A stretch of 64,000 nucleotides of DNA from Saccostrea echinata (GCF_033153115.1 NW_026889761.1:21824001-21888000); one strand, 5' to 3'. Counted from the stretch's first letter, positions 12,663 to 25,927 are shown. Translations and numbers: made by a program. The notes: generated from the sequence alone by a model not told the origin.

Positions 12663-15600
12663 TTATAATGGTTGAACAGGGTATACTAATTCACAACTTG
12701 GATTCTTCTTTAACGCCTCTTTCACTACACTACTGTCAATTTTAAAGGCCAGACTCTCAGATTTGGCCACCAGCTTTACACGGGGCTTCATCCACTCATT
12801 TGGACCTGTAACATGAAAGAATAACATTTACTGAATCAATGAAAAATAATATTTTTAATTTTATGAGCAGTAATAAAATGAAACTTACAGAAAATTTCCC
12901 CCTCGTTGACGGTGTAAGCATATCTGGTATCAGGATCAGTGACCAGTTCTAACTCCCCAACCAACACTAAGACTAGACTACCATCTTCTATATGTATATT
13001 AAACATAGCCTAGTAAAGGTAGACTCATATATTATATAAATATTGCATGTAGTTGAATGTAACATTGAAAATTTTCACCCCAATAAAACCATTGTCAACC
13101 GAGGGGTGAAAATTTTCAATGTTACATTCAACTACATGCAATATATGTATTATATCATTATANNNNNNNNNNNNNNNNNNNNNNNNNNNNNNNNNNNNNN
13201 NNNNNNNNNNNNNNNNNNNNNNNNNNNNNNNNNNNNNNNNNNNNNNNNNNNNNNNNNNNNNNNNNNNNNNNNNNNNNNNNNNNNNNNNNNNNNNNNNNTA
13301 AATTCTGCGCAGTCGCTATTTTTTTGGAATATCACCCGTCGTCAATCAATGTTGACTGTTGCTATGCTGGAGGGCATGGCTTCATCATTCAGCGGGCAAT
13401 AGTGTTTTTTAACAAATGTTTCTCGACGAATCAGATTCAACTAATTTACATGAAAGTATAATATACTAAAATATGTTAACAGTGCTATAAGAAGAGTTAC
13501 CTTTCTGCCTCAAAATCTCACCTATCTCCTCCTGAATACATACGTAGTCATTCACCTCGTACTGTTCAGGGATTCCATACAGGGCTAGGTTTTGAACACA
13601 GTCTGTTGAACACTTGGAGAGAACACTGCTGTTTTTCAGCAGTTGGTAGATTACCTGTATAAGTATAAAACCATATTATACTTTAAAGGTAGAAAAAGAG
13701 AGTTCGAAATAAGGATGCCCTGTGAATAATTAAGGTAAAATTACCTCAAATTGAAGAAGAGATGGATATTGTTGATAAATTTCTTCCTTCTTGTTTAATA
13801 GTGCCCTCCATTTTGTTTTTCTTTGTTTCCAGAAACTCCCTGCATCCTGTGGATACTGTTTTAGGTAAGCAAATTAGTGATTGGTGAATCAAATCTGATT
13901 ACGGACTGCCAGGAGGGGGGTCCCTTTTTTGAAAGTTTCAAACAATATAACGCATCTTATATTTTAGTGCAGATAATTTAAAAAGGTATCGATGATTTTT
14001 TATATCCAAACTTTCTAAAGAAAGTCTCCCTGATCGGAAGGTCGATGGTCGTGTGTTCGAATCACGGCCGCGACTGACCTGAGTCGGTAAAAAATAGGTA
14101 GCAACTGTTCCTTCGCCAAATGCTCTGCACCCTGAAGTGAGAGTTGTCCTTTGGATGAAACCTTGAAAACCAAGGCCCCGTGTCATGGTCGGTGTTGGCA
14201 CGATAAAGAACCCATTCGTTGCTCAATGGCTCTGAGTGCCGAGTATTTAGGTCTAAATTTGAAGCCCCTCAACGGTGACGTCTCTATATGAGTGAAAAAT
14301 TCTCGAACGGGACGTAAAACAACATACAATCAATCAATCAGTCAATCTAAAGAAAGTCAGATAATTGGTGGTGTCCTGTAGATATGCAATAACGTGTCGG
14401 AAGTTTTCTTTTCAGCTAGGAGGCCATATGCGGGTCGAAAATCGACGTTTCATTCATTGCAATTTTTAATTTCAGACCGGTAATAAATCTATCATGTGAA
14501 ATACAAATATGAGAGGCCAATGATCATAACTCACGTGTTTGATGCTCAATTTTGAAACATGCATATATTTTATGTAACTTATATTGAATAACTTCTGTGG
14601 TCTCTTCGTTTCCCATGTACAAAGGAACTGGCAAACATTTACGTGCGGGTACTAGTATTTATTTACTGTTTTATGACAGCATCTATGTTTTTAAAATTAG
14701 TTGTTAGTTTTGCATTAACGTCTTTTTTACCCTTTCCGCCGCCCATAAGCATCTAGTTCTAAACACTGCAATTAAACACATCTACGACTGTAATGTGTTT
14801 GCGTGCTCTTGTAAAACTGAAAATTTAGTTTAGATATACATGCTTTTAACGGTACCATAATTTTGATAGACTGTAAGTAGCTGGTTATAGTTTATAGCAT
14901 GTTGCTTGAATAACTTAGTGTGTAAATAAGATTCAAATAAAGCCCATTATTCTTTAAAAAATAATGATCAATTAATAGTATAATTTTTTTTTTTTTTGGG
15001 GGGGGGGGGGGAGGGGTATGCTCGATCAAGAATTAAGGATCGATTTATACAGAGAATATCTCTGCAGGAAGTTTCACAATATGCAAAATCTTTCATACAA
15101 TATTAAACTCTTCAAGTATGTTCACTTGTATATCTGTATATATTTATGATTTCTTAACATGAAAAAAGACATGTTGTGAATGTAAACATCAATATTTCCA
15201 GAAGCAGATATCATAAGGAGACAGACGATAATTGTACCTTATCCAGCGTGTTCTGTATCCATTCCTCTTTGATATGTATGATTTCACAACATGTGGTGGT
15301 CGTTATAGAGATCCTGTTGTGGTGTTCTAGATACATTCCTTACGAGGAAATGAATATATAAACTTATAAAGCTAAATAAATGTATACAATCTTTATACAT
15401 TCTGCACACAAACGGAGCACAGACATAGTATAAAAATCACAGGAGGCTGGGGGTCAAATAATTACCCAACAGATCCACCTAAAAATGTAAAATAGGGTTT
15501 TTCTACCCATAAACTTTTATTACCGGTAAGTAAAAAAAAAAAAAATGTTACAGCTATATTTATAATATCAGGGACGTCCATGATAATATTTACTGCAACT

Positions 15601-17352
15601 TCCCATATTTTCATACAGAGCTCTCCTTTTCCAGAAGGTTTAATTAGTCTAAAAATGGCCATTCCACCAACACTTCTCAAATGTATACAAACAAAGGAAA
15701 AATTAATAGCTACAAGCAACCTGCAGTCAAACTGAGTATGATGTATAATTAAGAGAAGTAGATTTAACAAGTGTATCAGAATAATAGCCCGACACTTTAT
15801 ATGAAAAACACGCGTTACAAACTTTACTTAGTAGATACATTTAATAATCAAACTACAAAGGTTTATTTCTATCAAATATTGATTGACCAACATTCTTTTT
15901 ATCGCTTCAAATGGCTTATTATACCAACCTTCCTCTCCAATGACAACAGGGTCATCCCCTTGGTTACCAACATCAATGGTTACCAACGTTTTTGATTGAT
16001 CGTCTTGGACGACAGCCCTGTTTTATTGATAGGGGTATATTACATGTACGCCAGGTTCTTGACAGATCGAAATTTCAATTACAATCAAGACGGTACATAG
16101 AAGTTTTGATTTTGAGAAAAAAATACCTTCCACGGATAATGATGTCGAGGGCTATGGGAGGGTCATTGATACAGATGACACTTGTGTGTGGTTGATACAA
16201 TACCACCATGGCCGGGTCCAGATCCAAGATGAGGGTTTTTAACGAATCCTCTCCCCATTTTTTAAATACAGGACACTAAACCAGTAGAAACATCGTTAAT
16301 ACTTGAAGACCATTTGCACCAGAAAATTTCAAAAATATTACCGATTAATGTATTTTTATAGTTTATATATATGTACTTACTGCTTTGAGGTATGTATACG
16401 ACATACGTCGAAAACAGCGATCGACGTCGATATCACTGCTTGTTGGTAAATATCTACGTGTAACAAACCAATCGATGATATCGACACTAACTTTGTGGAA
16501 CAATCTCCTGGCGGAATGTGGTTCCAGGTGAGCTAAAATACAGCTGTATCGGAGGAAATTAAGTGAGACTTCAATATATTGGATAATGATCAAAAGAGAA
16601 TTATCAAAAGCCAACAATATATCAATTACTTAGTACCTAACATACATGATCGAGGTGGGTTTTTTTGGTTTAAACAGCTGTTAAAGAGGTTAATACACGA
16701 GGATGATAATTTTCACCAAGCCTAAGGTCGAGGTGAATATTGTTCTTTCTGGACAATACACATGACCAAATTGAAAATACACTGATTTAATACACTATGT
16801 TCATAATAACGGAACACGTACCCCATATATATTAAATTGGTGAAGTATGCTTATTTTGTTAAACCAAATGATATCACGTACTGACCTCTTTCAAATCTGT
16901 GCATCTTAGTGAAATCTGACCTTGTATCTGTTTGAACTCTCGCTGTACACGGGATGTCAAATATCAACGAGATTTCTCCAAAAAAGTCGCCTTCACTGAG
17001 GTTGGAGAAAACTTCGCCCCCATCCTCAGACCGAACGCTCAAACTTCCTTCTATTATAACAAAGATCCCCTTCGTGGAATCTCCTACAAGCAAAAAGACG
17101 AAAGGAGCTATTCAAAGCAAGTCGATGATGATCACGTGTCACTGAAAAGCACTCACACAAGTAGCTGACCTTTTAGAATAACGTCTTTGCCCGGATCGTA
17201 AGTTTCCATGACAACATGTTTGGTGAGTCTCTCTATCGCCTCTTCCTTTATTTCCTGTCCCTCCTCTAATGGAATACGTAGTAAACATCGCCGGACTCTC
17301 TGCACGAATTCAGGAAAATGGAAATAATTCTTTTTTTTAAATTATCCAGCAT
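12663..17352 (-). CDS. Protein with three tandem cyclic-nucleotide-binding-like (CNB/CAP_ED) domains, 10 exons, ~446 aa (needs one extra A in an exon-1 homopolymer)
   Basis: Exons 17170-17352, 16921-17083, 16381-16543, 16127-16275, 15929-16017, 15238-15338, 13745-13855, 13501-13654, 12889-12972, 12663-12805, with consistent GT-AG phases. Motifs YDPGKDVILKGDSTKGIFVIIEG..GDFFGEISLIFDIPCTARV; IIIRGRA..IGEEG..RISITTTTCCEI; VLVGELE..EGEIFC. Confidence 0.8.
13030..13465 (+). repeat. Fold-back dispersed repeat spanning an assembly gap (homolog of 948-1308)
   Basis: Shared sequence CATGTAGTTGAATGTAAC..AAAACCATTGTCAAC and GATTCAACTAATTTACATGAAAGTATAATA. Confidence 0.7.
14027..14347 (+). mobile_element. 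5'-truncated tRNA-derived SINE with (ATCA)n tail
   Basis: B-box GTTCGAATC at about 14057, conserved-looking core AGGCCCCGTGTCATGGTCGGTGTTGGCACGATAAAGAACCC, and tail CGGGACGTAAAAC..CAATCAATCAATCAGTCAATC. Confidence 0.75.
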
Positions 17353-18937
17353 TTTTTTTTTTAGCCTGAACTGCTTTGAGTGGACTGATTCCTTCCAATT
17401 AAAAAAAATTACTTGACGTATCAAGTTTTCTACTTGCAACAAAGTATGGGAATGTGCTTGCGTTCTTTAGTTTCTAACAACGTTCCAGACACAATATCTG
17501 GAGCACCATTTGACCTTTAAGTTTCATGCTTGCTATAGAGGTGAGTTCAAGTCCAAGGTCGAGGTCAAAGGTATTATCCCTAGCAGTGAAGTGGACAATA
17601 ATGAATATCTTTAAAGTGCAATTTTTAATTCAATCTGTCGGTATAGAAGTGGTGAGCATATGCATTTGAACGTAAAATTAGTTCATGTGTGTCCTAAGCA
17701 CCGATTTATCAGAGGTTTTTTTTTAATGTAATTAAGTGCCTTATGCCTGAAAGTCTGAAATTTGCAATTAATTATGTATATACATTACAGGCACCTCACG
17801 TTGCTTATTTTTTTTTTATTAAAAGAAAAATATAAGTAACGTCAGGTGCCTGTGACATGTACTACAGGGGACTTATTGAGCTCTAGTGGAGAGTCAGAAG
17901 CTCAAAAGGCAAGGTCAAAGAGTAATTGTGATACTGATCGACAGTAATTTTGTATTTATTACCTTGTGTACACAGTATCAATTCATTGTATGAAAAGTTG
18001 TCTTCTCTGAATCAAAATCTGCTCCGTTTTGTTTTGTGATGCCATTTATAGATTGTTACAACAGAGTTTATCAGGACAATTTTTTAGGTGGCAATATAGG
18101 AATGATCTTTTCAAGGTTGCATCAGCTTAAAAGTTCTGTATTTATGCAATGTTTTTATAAACAAAGCAATGTTTCACAAGGCAATAAAATTATAGTATAC
18201 CTGAAATGCCAGTGGTGGAAGCACGTGACTGTTGACTTCCGGGTTTTGGGAGCGCGTGCTGATTAAGCTGTTACTACGGCTATATGACAGATCTTCCATC
18301 CCACCATAGCTGTCTTCAGATTCCTTTTTATTTGTGTTCCCCATCCCGTGTTAGAATATCCTTGGACATAAAAAATCAGATTTCTTTTCTTACTAAACAT
18401 CATCTTACTTTCTGGTATTTATCATCAATACGAATGTCTTTCTGTTTTTTATGTAGAATGAGCTAAGAATCATTGTCGTTGACATTCTCTTTTGTCTATC
18501 AAATGACAACAACAAACAAACCTTTACTTTTAAAGTTTTTAATAAACGCCCAAACTATGGGACTTTAAATTTTAAAATTCAAATCACTGGCATGTAACAG
18601 ATTTTAAAAAGCGATATATCTCATTCAGATATTTGGAGTATGGACAACTCAATTTACTCCACCAGTATTAAGGGTTGGGGATGTAGGTATACATGTACAT
18701 AGTAAACTTAAGACCTTAATTTCATTACAGAGTTTCTATGAAAACTGTGAATTTGGTCTTTGAAAAGAATGCTACCTGACAGAACTGCATGCCCGTGGTT
18801 AACAAAAAAACGTATAGTTACATGTAATGTACGTTTGTTACTTCATCGATTTTAAAAGAAATACGAGATTTTCTTTCCTTTCCTAGGTGAAATAGGAAGA
18901 AAATGAAGAACAATCAAGCTCAAAAGGCCATTGAAAA

Positions 18938-19066
18938 TGGAACAGGAAAGGACATCTAGAAAATATATTGCTGGGCTGGAAATCGAACTTGGGACCCCTG
19001 CATCACTAGTCAGGTGCTCTACCGACTGAGCTACCCTGACCGATTTCTTCGGCCCAAACCATTACA
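18938..19066 (-). mobile_element. Solo mini-LTR containing a tRNA-like sequence (Helenus-type TRIM LTR)
   Basis: Minus strand reads TGTAATGG...GGTAGCTCAGTCGGTAGAGCACCTGACTAGTGATGCAGGGGTCCCAAGTTCGATTTCC...CTGTTCCA. TG..CA termini, 129 bp, flanks AAAA / ACAA. Confidence 0.55.
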
Positions 19067-20479
19067 ACAAGAAAAAAAATACAAATTTGGAGCAGAGCAA
19101 ACACGGATCTCAGAGGTGGGATCAGGTGCCATCATGGAGTAGTGAGTTTTTTGCCAAAACTCCATTGCTCGCTTTTTTTTCTGAGAATGAAAGTCTTTAT
19201 GGTAGTGCAAAATTTTAAGCATGCTTATGTTTTTTTTTCGCGAACTACTCAAAAGCCTTTATTTTAGCTTGAAAAGTGGTCATTGACCTACATATCTGAA
19301 AGTTGAAAATAACACCATAATCAATTAATCATAGGTCTATGTACAATGTACTTGTCAATATATTGTTTTTCATTACCATCATTGGAATTCTTTTCGCCTT
19401 GTGTGTAAATGTCATCCTTAAGATTCTTTACAAATAGGAACACAGTTCATTTTCTCATGAACAAACACTGAAAAAGGGGTGAACATGAAATGCTTCATCA
19501 TATAGGCCTAGTGCAATTTGTTTCTTTTCAGAAATGACAGTTGAATGACATATATATTGTGTAAAATCATCAAATAAATATAATATAAGAAATGAATTGA
19601 ATTTTTTTTTTATAATTTATGAGGTACATGTACATGAGCTACAACGCTTCACGCCTGCATATTTTTTTTTTTATGAAACACTAACGTGCTTCATCTTTTT
19701 GTAAAGAGTTCAGCTTCATGATCACTCATCTATATTTATTTGGCTTAACTTACTTATTTCTGACAAGATGTTTTAAGTTTTGCAATCTTCTATATTACTT
19801 TTGCCAATAATTCACTGCACGAAATATAGATAAACATAAGGAAAATAACACTTTACTTGGGCATTAGATTTCTTCTTACCTTACTCTTCGGATCAAAGTG
19901 CAGAATTCTCAAGTGACGTTAAATCTGACGTCACAATTTGAAAACGTACTGTCTTTAACATACATAAATAAATCATTTTGAAACGCACTATAGGGGCCTA
20001 CATACTAAAACTATTTTGAAATCAAAATGGCCCTGCTCAAATCTTTTTTTTAACCTCAGTCAAGAAAACAATTATCTTTTTTAATTATGCATTCTGGAAA
20101 AAAAGATTTTGAAAATTCAGCAATAATTTGAAATTTTTCCATGACCTTTTCCCCCACCTATCTACCGACCCAAAGTCGGGAGAGGGCAAACAAACATCAT
20201 TTTAAAGTTGGTCCAATATTCTAAATTTATGACTGTTACAGTAAACCGTACGTAAGAACGTATACAGATCAAGAAGTTAAATTGCGTATTCTAAGGCGGT
20301 GTGTATATGTTTGCTTGCTTTTTATCTCTTTAAATTTCACCCTCTCTTAGTTTTCAATAAAATATTTCATAATAATCGGATACATGGTTATTTCACAACT
20401 TCGAGAAATATGGCAGATCGCAAGTGTAGGAAAGGGTCCTGTTATTAACTATCATATTCATAGTGATCTATGGTTCAAA

Positions 20480-21302
20480 ATGGCATCAAGCTATTCCAAA
20501 AGTACGTCTGGGCTAGAAACAGAAAAATATGTGGAACAATTAAAGCGATGGCCCAGTGAAGGAAGACACATTCTCGCTCAAAACAACGACAAAACGATCT
20601 TAGTTTACCAGGCATTCCGGAAAGAAATTGCAGAATATGCGGATAAAAACGGAAAATTCGGTGGACCTCTATACAACTTTAACAGAATGAGTTGGATTAA
20701 AACAAACTTTCTGTGGATGATGTATAGGTCTGGATGGGCCGAGAAATATAATCAGGAGCGAATCCTTGCTATTCGATTGACTATTGATGGTTTCTTGGAA
20801 ATTTTACGCGTCTCGCAAGATACCAGTAAGGATGCGTACGGCCCTAAAGGTCCACAAGATGGTATGTACTACATGTATTATTACTCAGATCAGAGAAGTC
20901 TTTTAAAACAGGCAGTGTGTTTTAGGTTTAGGTATGAAGTTTGTTTTGATAATGTTTTAAATTAACAGACTGCCTTTTGTATACATGACAGGTTTTGGAG
21001 ATGGGGGTGTTCGATTGCAATGGGATCCAGACCACAAACCAAACGGCAATAAATGCACCAGACGGGCGATACAACTCGGGCTTAAAGGGGAAATTCTGGA
21101 AAAGTTCAACGAGCAATGGATCTGTAATATTTACGATATAACTGACTTTGTTAAAGAACAACGACAGTTTGTCCATAAGAACGACATTGACTCATTAGTA
21201 ACCCCTCGTGAAACAGTATTCGTACCAAAGAACCCAAACCTTTGTCGTCACATACGTTTGGATGTGGATAACACAGAAGTCAAATCTGAGGAACCAACAT
21301 AG
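20480..21302 (+). CDS. DUF4291-family protein, 2 exons (20480-20861, 20992-21302)
   Basis: Motifs ILVYQAF, RMSWIKTNFLWMMYRSGW, QERILAIR, VRLQWDPDH..G...RRAIQLGL. A phase-1 GT-AG intron joins the two listed ORFs. Confidence 0.85.
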
Positions 21303-22087
21303 ATTTTTTTGCAATAAGAATATATACCGTTTCCAGGGAACCCTCTTGGAGGCAGTCCGTCATTCCAGCCAACGTACATCTTGTCTGTCCTATTGATGTG
21401 GAAGCATGGAACAATTAAACAAATTAAGGACTGTCTGAACAAAAAGAGCACAGTTGAAAAAAATTATACTTAAAATACAAAATGGCAATGTTTTGTGAAA
21501 ATAAAAAAAATGTCTTAAATAACACACAACATTGATGACGATAAGACGAAATGTACCCTTAATTAAATAATGTGCCCTTAACTATCAGCGCTAGGATAAT
21601 CATTCGAGAATCAAAAACTGTGAACATGTGGGAAGGGGGCGATCTCGGGAAGCAATTTCAGTTTGGGAAGGCACAGCCTGTAACAAGAAATCTTGGCAAG
21701 AAAAAAACTTGTAGAATAGCTATGTTTTCTATTGTATTAGTATGTACTATAGTTAGCAAAATTGTTGAGAGGCATCCTTTGGGCTAGAATGTGGCTAATC
21801 ATTTTTTGCAACATCTGCGAAGTTCTAGGTTAAAGTATAGTTCTGCTATTGCTATCGTAATTACAACAGTAGTTTACTCTTCCAGTCAAGTCAAATACTA
21901 GCTGTGTACTAAAACTAATCATATACGTTAAATAAAATTAAGAAATTTTACAAATGTTCATTCAATTTTTTTTTTTTTAAATGTACTCTGATTAGTTGAA
22001 TCATATTTGATAAAATGTTAGTGTCACAGGGTCTCGTTAAGAAAATAACACTGGATTCAGTTTTGGTGGAATTTTAATATGAGGATA

Positions 22088-22506
22088 CAAGGCCGTAACT
22101 AGGCTCAAATTTTTAGTGAGGCAAGGGATCTGGGGGCCACCTGAGTTCCAAGCGGATCCACGGTAGTGTCTTGATGGGGGTTCTTAAGGGGGGGGGGGGG
22201 GTCCCGAAAACTGGGTTTAATAAATTAAAGACTTACACTGGGTTTAATAAATTAAAGACTTAATCTTTGAAAGTTTTCACGTTTTGAATTGTTTTTACAT
22301 GCATTCTAAACGATCATGAAGCACCTGGTGAAATGATCGACATACAGATATTGAAACACAAGTAAAAGTATTAATGTAGTACAAAGACACACATAATTAA
22401 TCAAAATTCACAGTAAAACTTTTTCACTTTTCAGAAAACTCTAAAATTTTAGTGAGGCATTAATTTGCCTCACGCCTCACTTGCCTCAATGGTAGTTACG
22501 GCCTTG
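22088..22506. mobile_element. MITE with CAAGGCCGTAACTA TIRs and 5-bp flanking duplication
   Basis: CAAGGCCGTAACTA / TAGTTACGGCCTTG, GGATA on both sides, subterminal GTGAGGCA repeats. Confidence 0.7.
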
Positions 22507-24179
22507 GGATACTAAAAGAAACCTAGAAAACATAGAAAACACACTTACAACACACACATTAACAAGAGACAAATATGGCACATTAAACAAAGTTACAAAT
22601 TATACAACATGAAAATTCACATCGCTGCCAATAAAGATATTTTACGTATTAATTATTGAAATTCATTTAAAAAGTACCTACATTAGATATAAATCTTACC
22701 AAGTATCCAGTACTATATAAATAAGATGAAGACAATTATCAAAGCATCGTGGAACTCGATGACTTGAAATATGTAGCGTTGGATCTCTTACATCTAAAGC
22801 TAGAAGCTAATAGATATATGGTTTGGCGGGATAAGTGCTTATGTAGTGCACGAAGTTAGTATACATGCATATTAATTATCGAATAGTAGTCTGTCATTGG
22901 TCCACTGGTCCTACTCGTTTGTAAGCTAAAAATAGAAACATCACGTGACAAAACATTCACACGATTAGCAATGCGCGCTAATCAAATATAAGTTAGTAAC
23001 AAAATGTTTAATTAAGTATCAACTGTGGCATTAATATCGTGTCACAAACCATGCTTGAACAACTAGCCAGTCATTCACTGTGCAAGTACATCTTCTTTGT
23101 ACTCTGTACTGGTGAAGGAATACCGATCTGCTCTGTGTCTTAACACTATTCAAGGCTGGTTGTTGCCAGAAGCTAGAGGAGAAGGGGGGGGGGGGGTATG
23201 ATCGAAAAGTAATGTCACAGGTGCTCTGAAATCTTTTAAAATGGGAAGTCAACAACTTCATGTTGAAATACATATTTTGGGAGGTTGCCCCCCCCCCCCC
23301 CCTCTTTGAAACCGTTGCTACGGGCCTGTATACTCAGGAATGGAAATAAAAATATGAGAGATTCCACAGGAATCATTTTATGATTATTTTCATATTTCTT
23401 TAATAAGTATTTTATGTATTCAGGAAACAATCATAATAGAGGTATGACTATCAGTGTTGTAGAGGGCTTCCCATTGTTACAGATTTTATAGCACTAAGTG
23501 ACAATACTTTCGGATCAGTCCATTCAGCCCTCATATAAAACTTAAAAAAACATACTGCAATGTATCAAATGACAACATTTTATACAAAATATTTTATTTC
23601 ATATAGACGAATGACTACATACACATTCAAGATATGATTAAAGCATAAACAGTCCTACTTTGTGTGAAAAAATAATTTAATACTCTTATAAATGTGAAGT
23701 TATCAAAACACAGAATCTTTTTAATTATTTTTCCATGTAATTCAAACATAAGGGTATTGTAGAAGAAGTATTGTACCTCACACCAAAAGTACACACTAGA
23801 GGCATCAGTTCTCAATTCATTACAACAAACTTGCTGTGAATATTGAATAACATATCATGTCTGATGGAATCAGACTCCTGTAATAATAAAATTTAATGTC
23901 TCAAATTTTCACTGGGATGGCAAGAAAAAAAGGGCAAAATATATGAAATTGGTGGAAACTCATATAATTGCTCTAATTATATCAAATTCTATTTTTTTAT
24001 GTGTACATTTACAGAATATTTTTTCCTAAAAATCAGACAGTTTTCAAAAATACAGTTTTGGATGACAATCCAAAACTTTAAACCAGAAGTCTCTGATGAG
24101 ACTGTAGCTCTACTGGTCTGTTTGTATAACAAAAGAAAAGTAGCACTTGGATTTGAAACATTGCAACATGCAACAATAA

Positions 24180-25927
24180 TTAGAATTATGTATCTTAATG
24201 TAGTCTACTTCTGTGCCAAGTTATATTGAAATCAAATGAAAACTGTAGGAGGAGTAGCGTTTTGAAAGTATTTCACGGAAATTTCTATTTTTAGTAACCA
24301 TGACCATTCACTCAAATAAAAAAAACAGAAATACATATTATGTATCGTAGTGTATTCTAACTGTGTGCCAAATTAGATTGAAATCAGACCAAAATTGTAG
24401 GAGGAGTAACGTTTAATGGGAATTTCACAAAAATTTCTATTTTAAGTAACCATGGCAACACTCTTCATCGAATTCAAAAACCAATGCAATAAATTATGTA
24501 TCTTAGTATAGTCTTCTTGTATGCCTAATTATATTAGAAGTAGACTAAAACTGTAGCAGGAGTAGTCTTTTAAAGGAATTTCACAGAAATTCCTATTTTT
24601 AGTAACCATGGCAACACTGTCCATTGAATTCAAAAACCGATGCAAAAAATTATGTATCTTAGTGTAGTCTACTTGTGTGCCAAGTTATACTGAAATCGGA
24701 CCAAAACTGTAGGAGGAGTAGTGTTTTAAAGGAATTTCACAGAAATTTCTATTTTTAGTAACCATGGCAACACCATCCATCAAAATCAAAAACCGATGCA
24801 CTAAATTATGTATCTTAGTGTTGTCTACTTGTAAGCCAAGTTGTATTGAAATCGGACCAAAACTGTAGAAGAAGTAGCGTTTTAAAGGAATTTCACAGAA
24901 ATTTCTATTTTTAGTAACCATGGCAACACCGTCCATCGAAATCAAAAACCGATGCACTAAATTATGTATCTTAGTGTAGTCTACTTGTGTGCCAAGTTAT
25001 ATTGAAATCGGACCAAAACTGTAGGAGGAGTAGTGTTTTAAAGGAATTTCACAGAAATTTCTATTTTTAGTAACCATGGCAACACCATCCATCAAAATCA
25101 AAAACCGATGCACTAAATTATGTATCTTAGTGTTGTCTACTTGTAAGCCAAGTTGTATTGAAATCGGACCAAAACTGTAGAAGAAGTAGCGTTTTAAAGG
25201 AATTTCACAGAAATTTCTATTTTTAGTAACCATGGCAACACCATCCATCGAAATCAAAAACCGATGCACTAAATTATGTATCATAATGAAGTCTACTTGT
25301 GTGCCAAGTTATATTGAAATCGGACCAAAACTGTAGGAGGAGTAGCGTTTTAAAGGAATTTCACAGAAATTTCTATTTTTAGTAACCATGGCAACACCAT
25401 CCATCGAAATCAAAAACCGATGCACTAAATTATGCATCTTAGTGTAGTCTACTCGTGTGCCAAGTTATATTGAAATCGGACCAAAACTGTAGGAGGAGTA
25501 GCGTTTTAAAGGAATTTCACAGAAATTTCTATTTTTAGTAACCATGGCAACACCGTCCATCAAAATCAAAAAACGATGCACTAAATTATGTATCTTAGTG
25601 TAGTCTACTTGTGTGCCAAGTTATATTGAAATCGGACCAAAACTGTAGGAGGAGTAGCGTTTTAAAGGAATTTCACAGAAATTTCTATTTTTAGTAACCA
25701 TGGCAACACCGTCCATCGAAATCAAAAACCGATGCACTAAATTATGTATCTTAGTATAGTCTACTTGTGTGCCAAGTTATATTGAAATCGGACCAAAACT
25801 GTAGGAGGAGTAGCGTTTTGAAAAATTGTTTACAGACAGACGGACAGACAGACAGACAGACGGACGGACGACGGACGCCTTACTATCGCATAAGCTCTTC
25901 TGGTCTCTGACCAGTAGAGCTAAAAAA
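24180..25927 (+). repeat. Helentron/HINE-type element carrying a 156-bp tandem array (~10-11 units), (GACA/GACG)n microsatellite and 3' hairpin
   Basis: AAATCGGACCAAAACTGTAG recurs every 156 bp from about 24693 to 25785. Microsatellite 25832-25877, then hairpin AGCTCTTCTGGTC-TCT-GACCAGTAGAGCT and an A-run. Confidence 0.9.

Noticed and set aside
13043-13402. ORFs containing X runs
   Set aside because: Artefacts of the N-gap within a repeat.
18970-19042. Functional tRNA-Thr(AGT)
   Set aside because: The acceptor, anticodon and T stems are mismatched. It is better explained as a mobile-element promoter.
20384-20479. Upstream in-frame ATG extending DUF4291 by 32 aa
   Set aside because: The extension has no recognisable similarity and the ATG at 20480 has a better context (AAAATGG). 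It is not fully excluded.
24685-25284. Two near-identical 90/95-aa minus-strand ORFs and a CRISPR-like regular periodicity
   Set aside because: They are translations of the 156-bp satellite. The units are contiguous repeats with no unique spacers, in a eukaryotic context.
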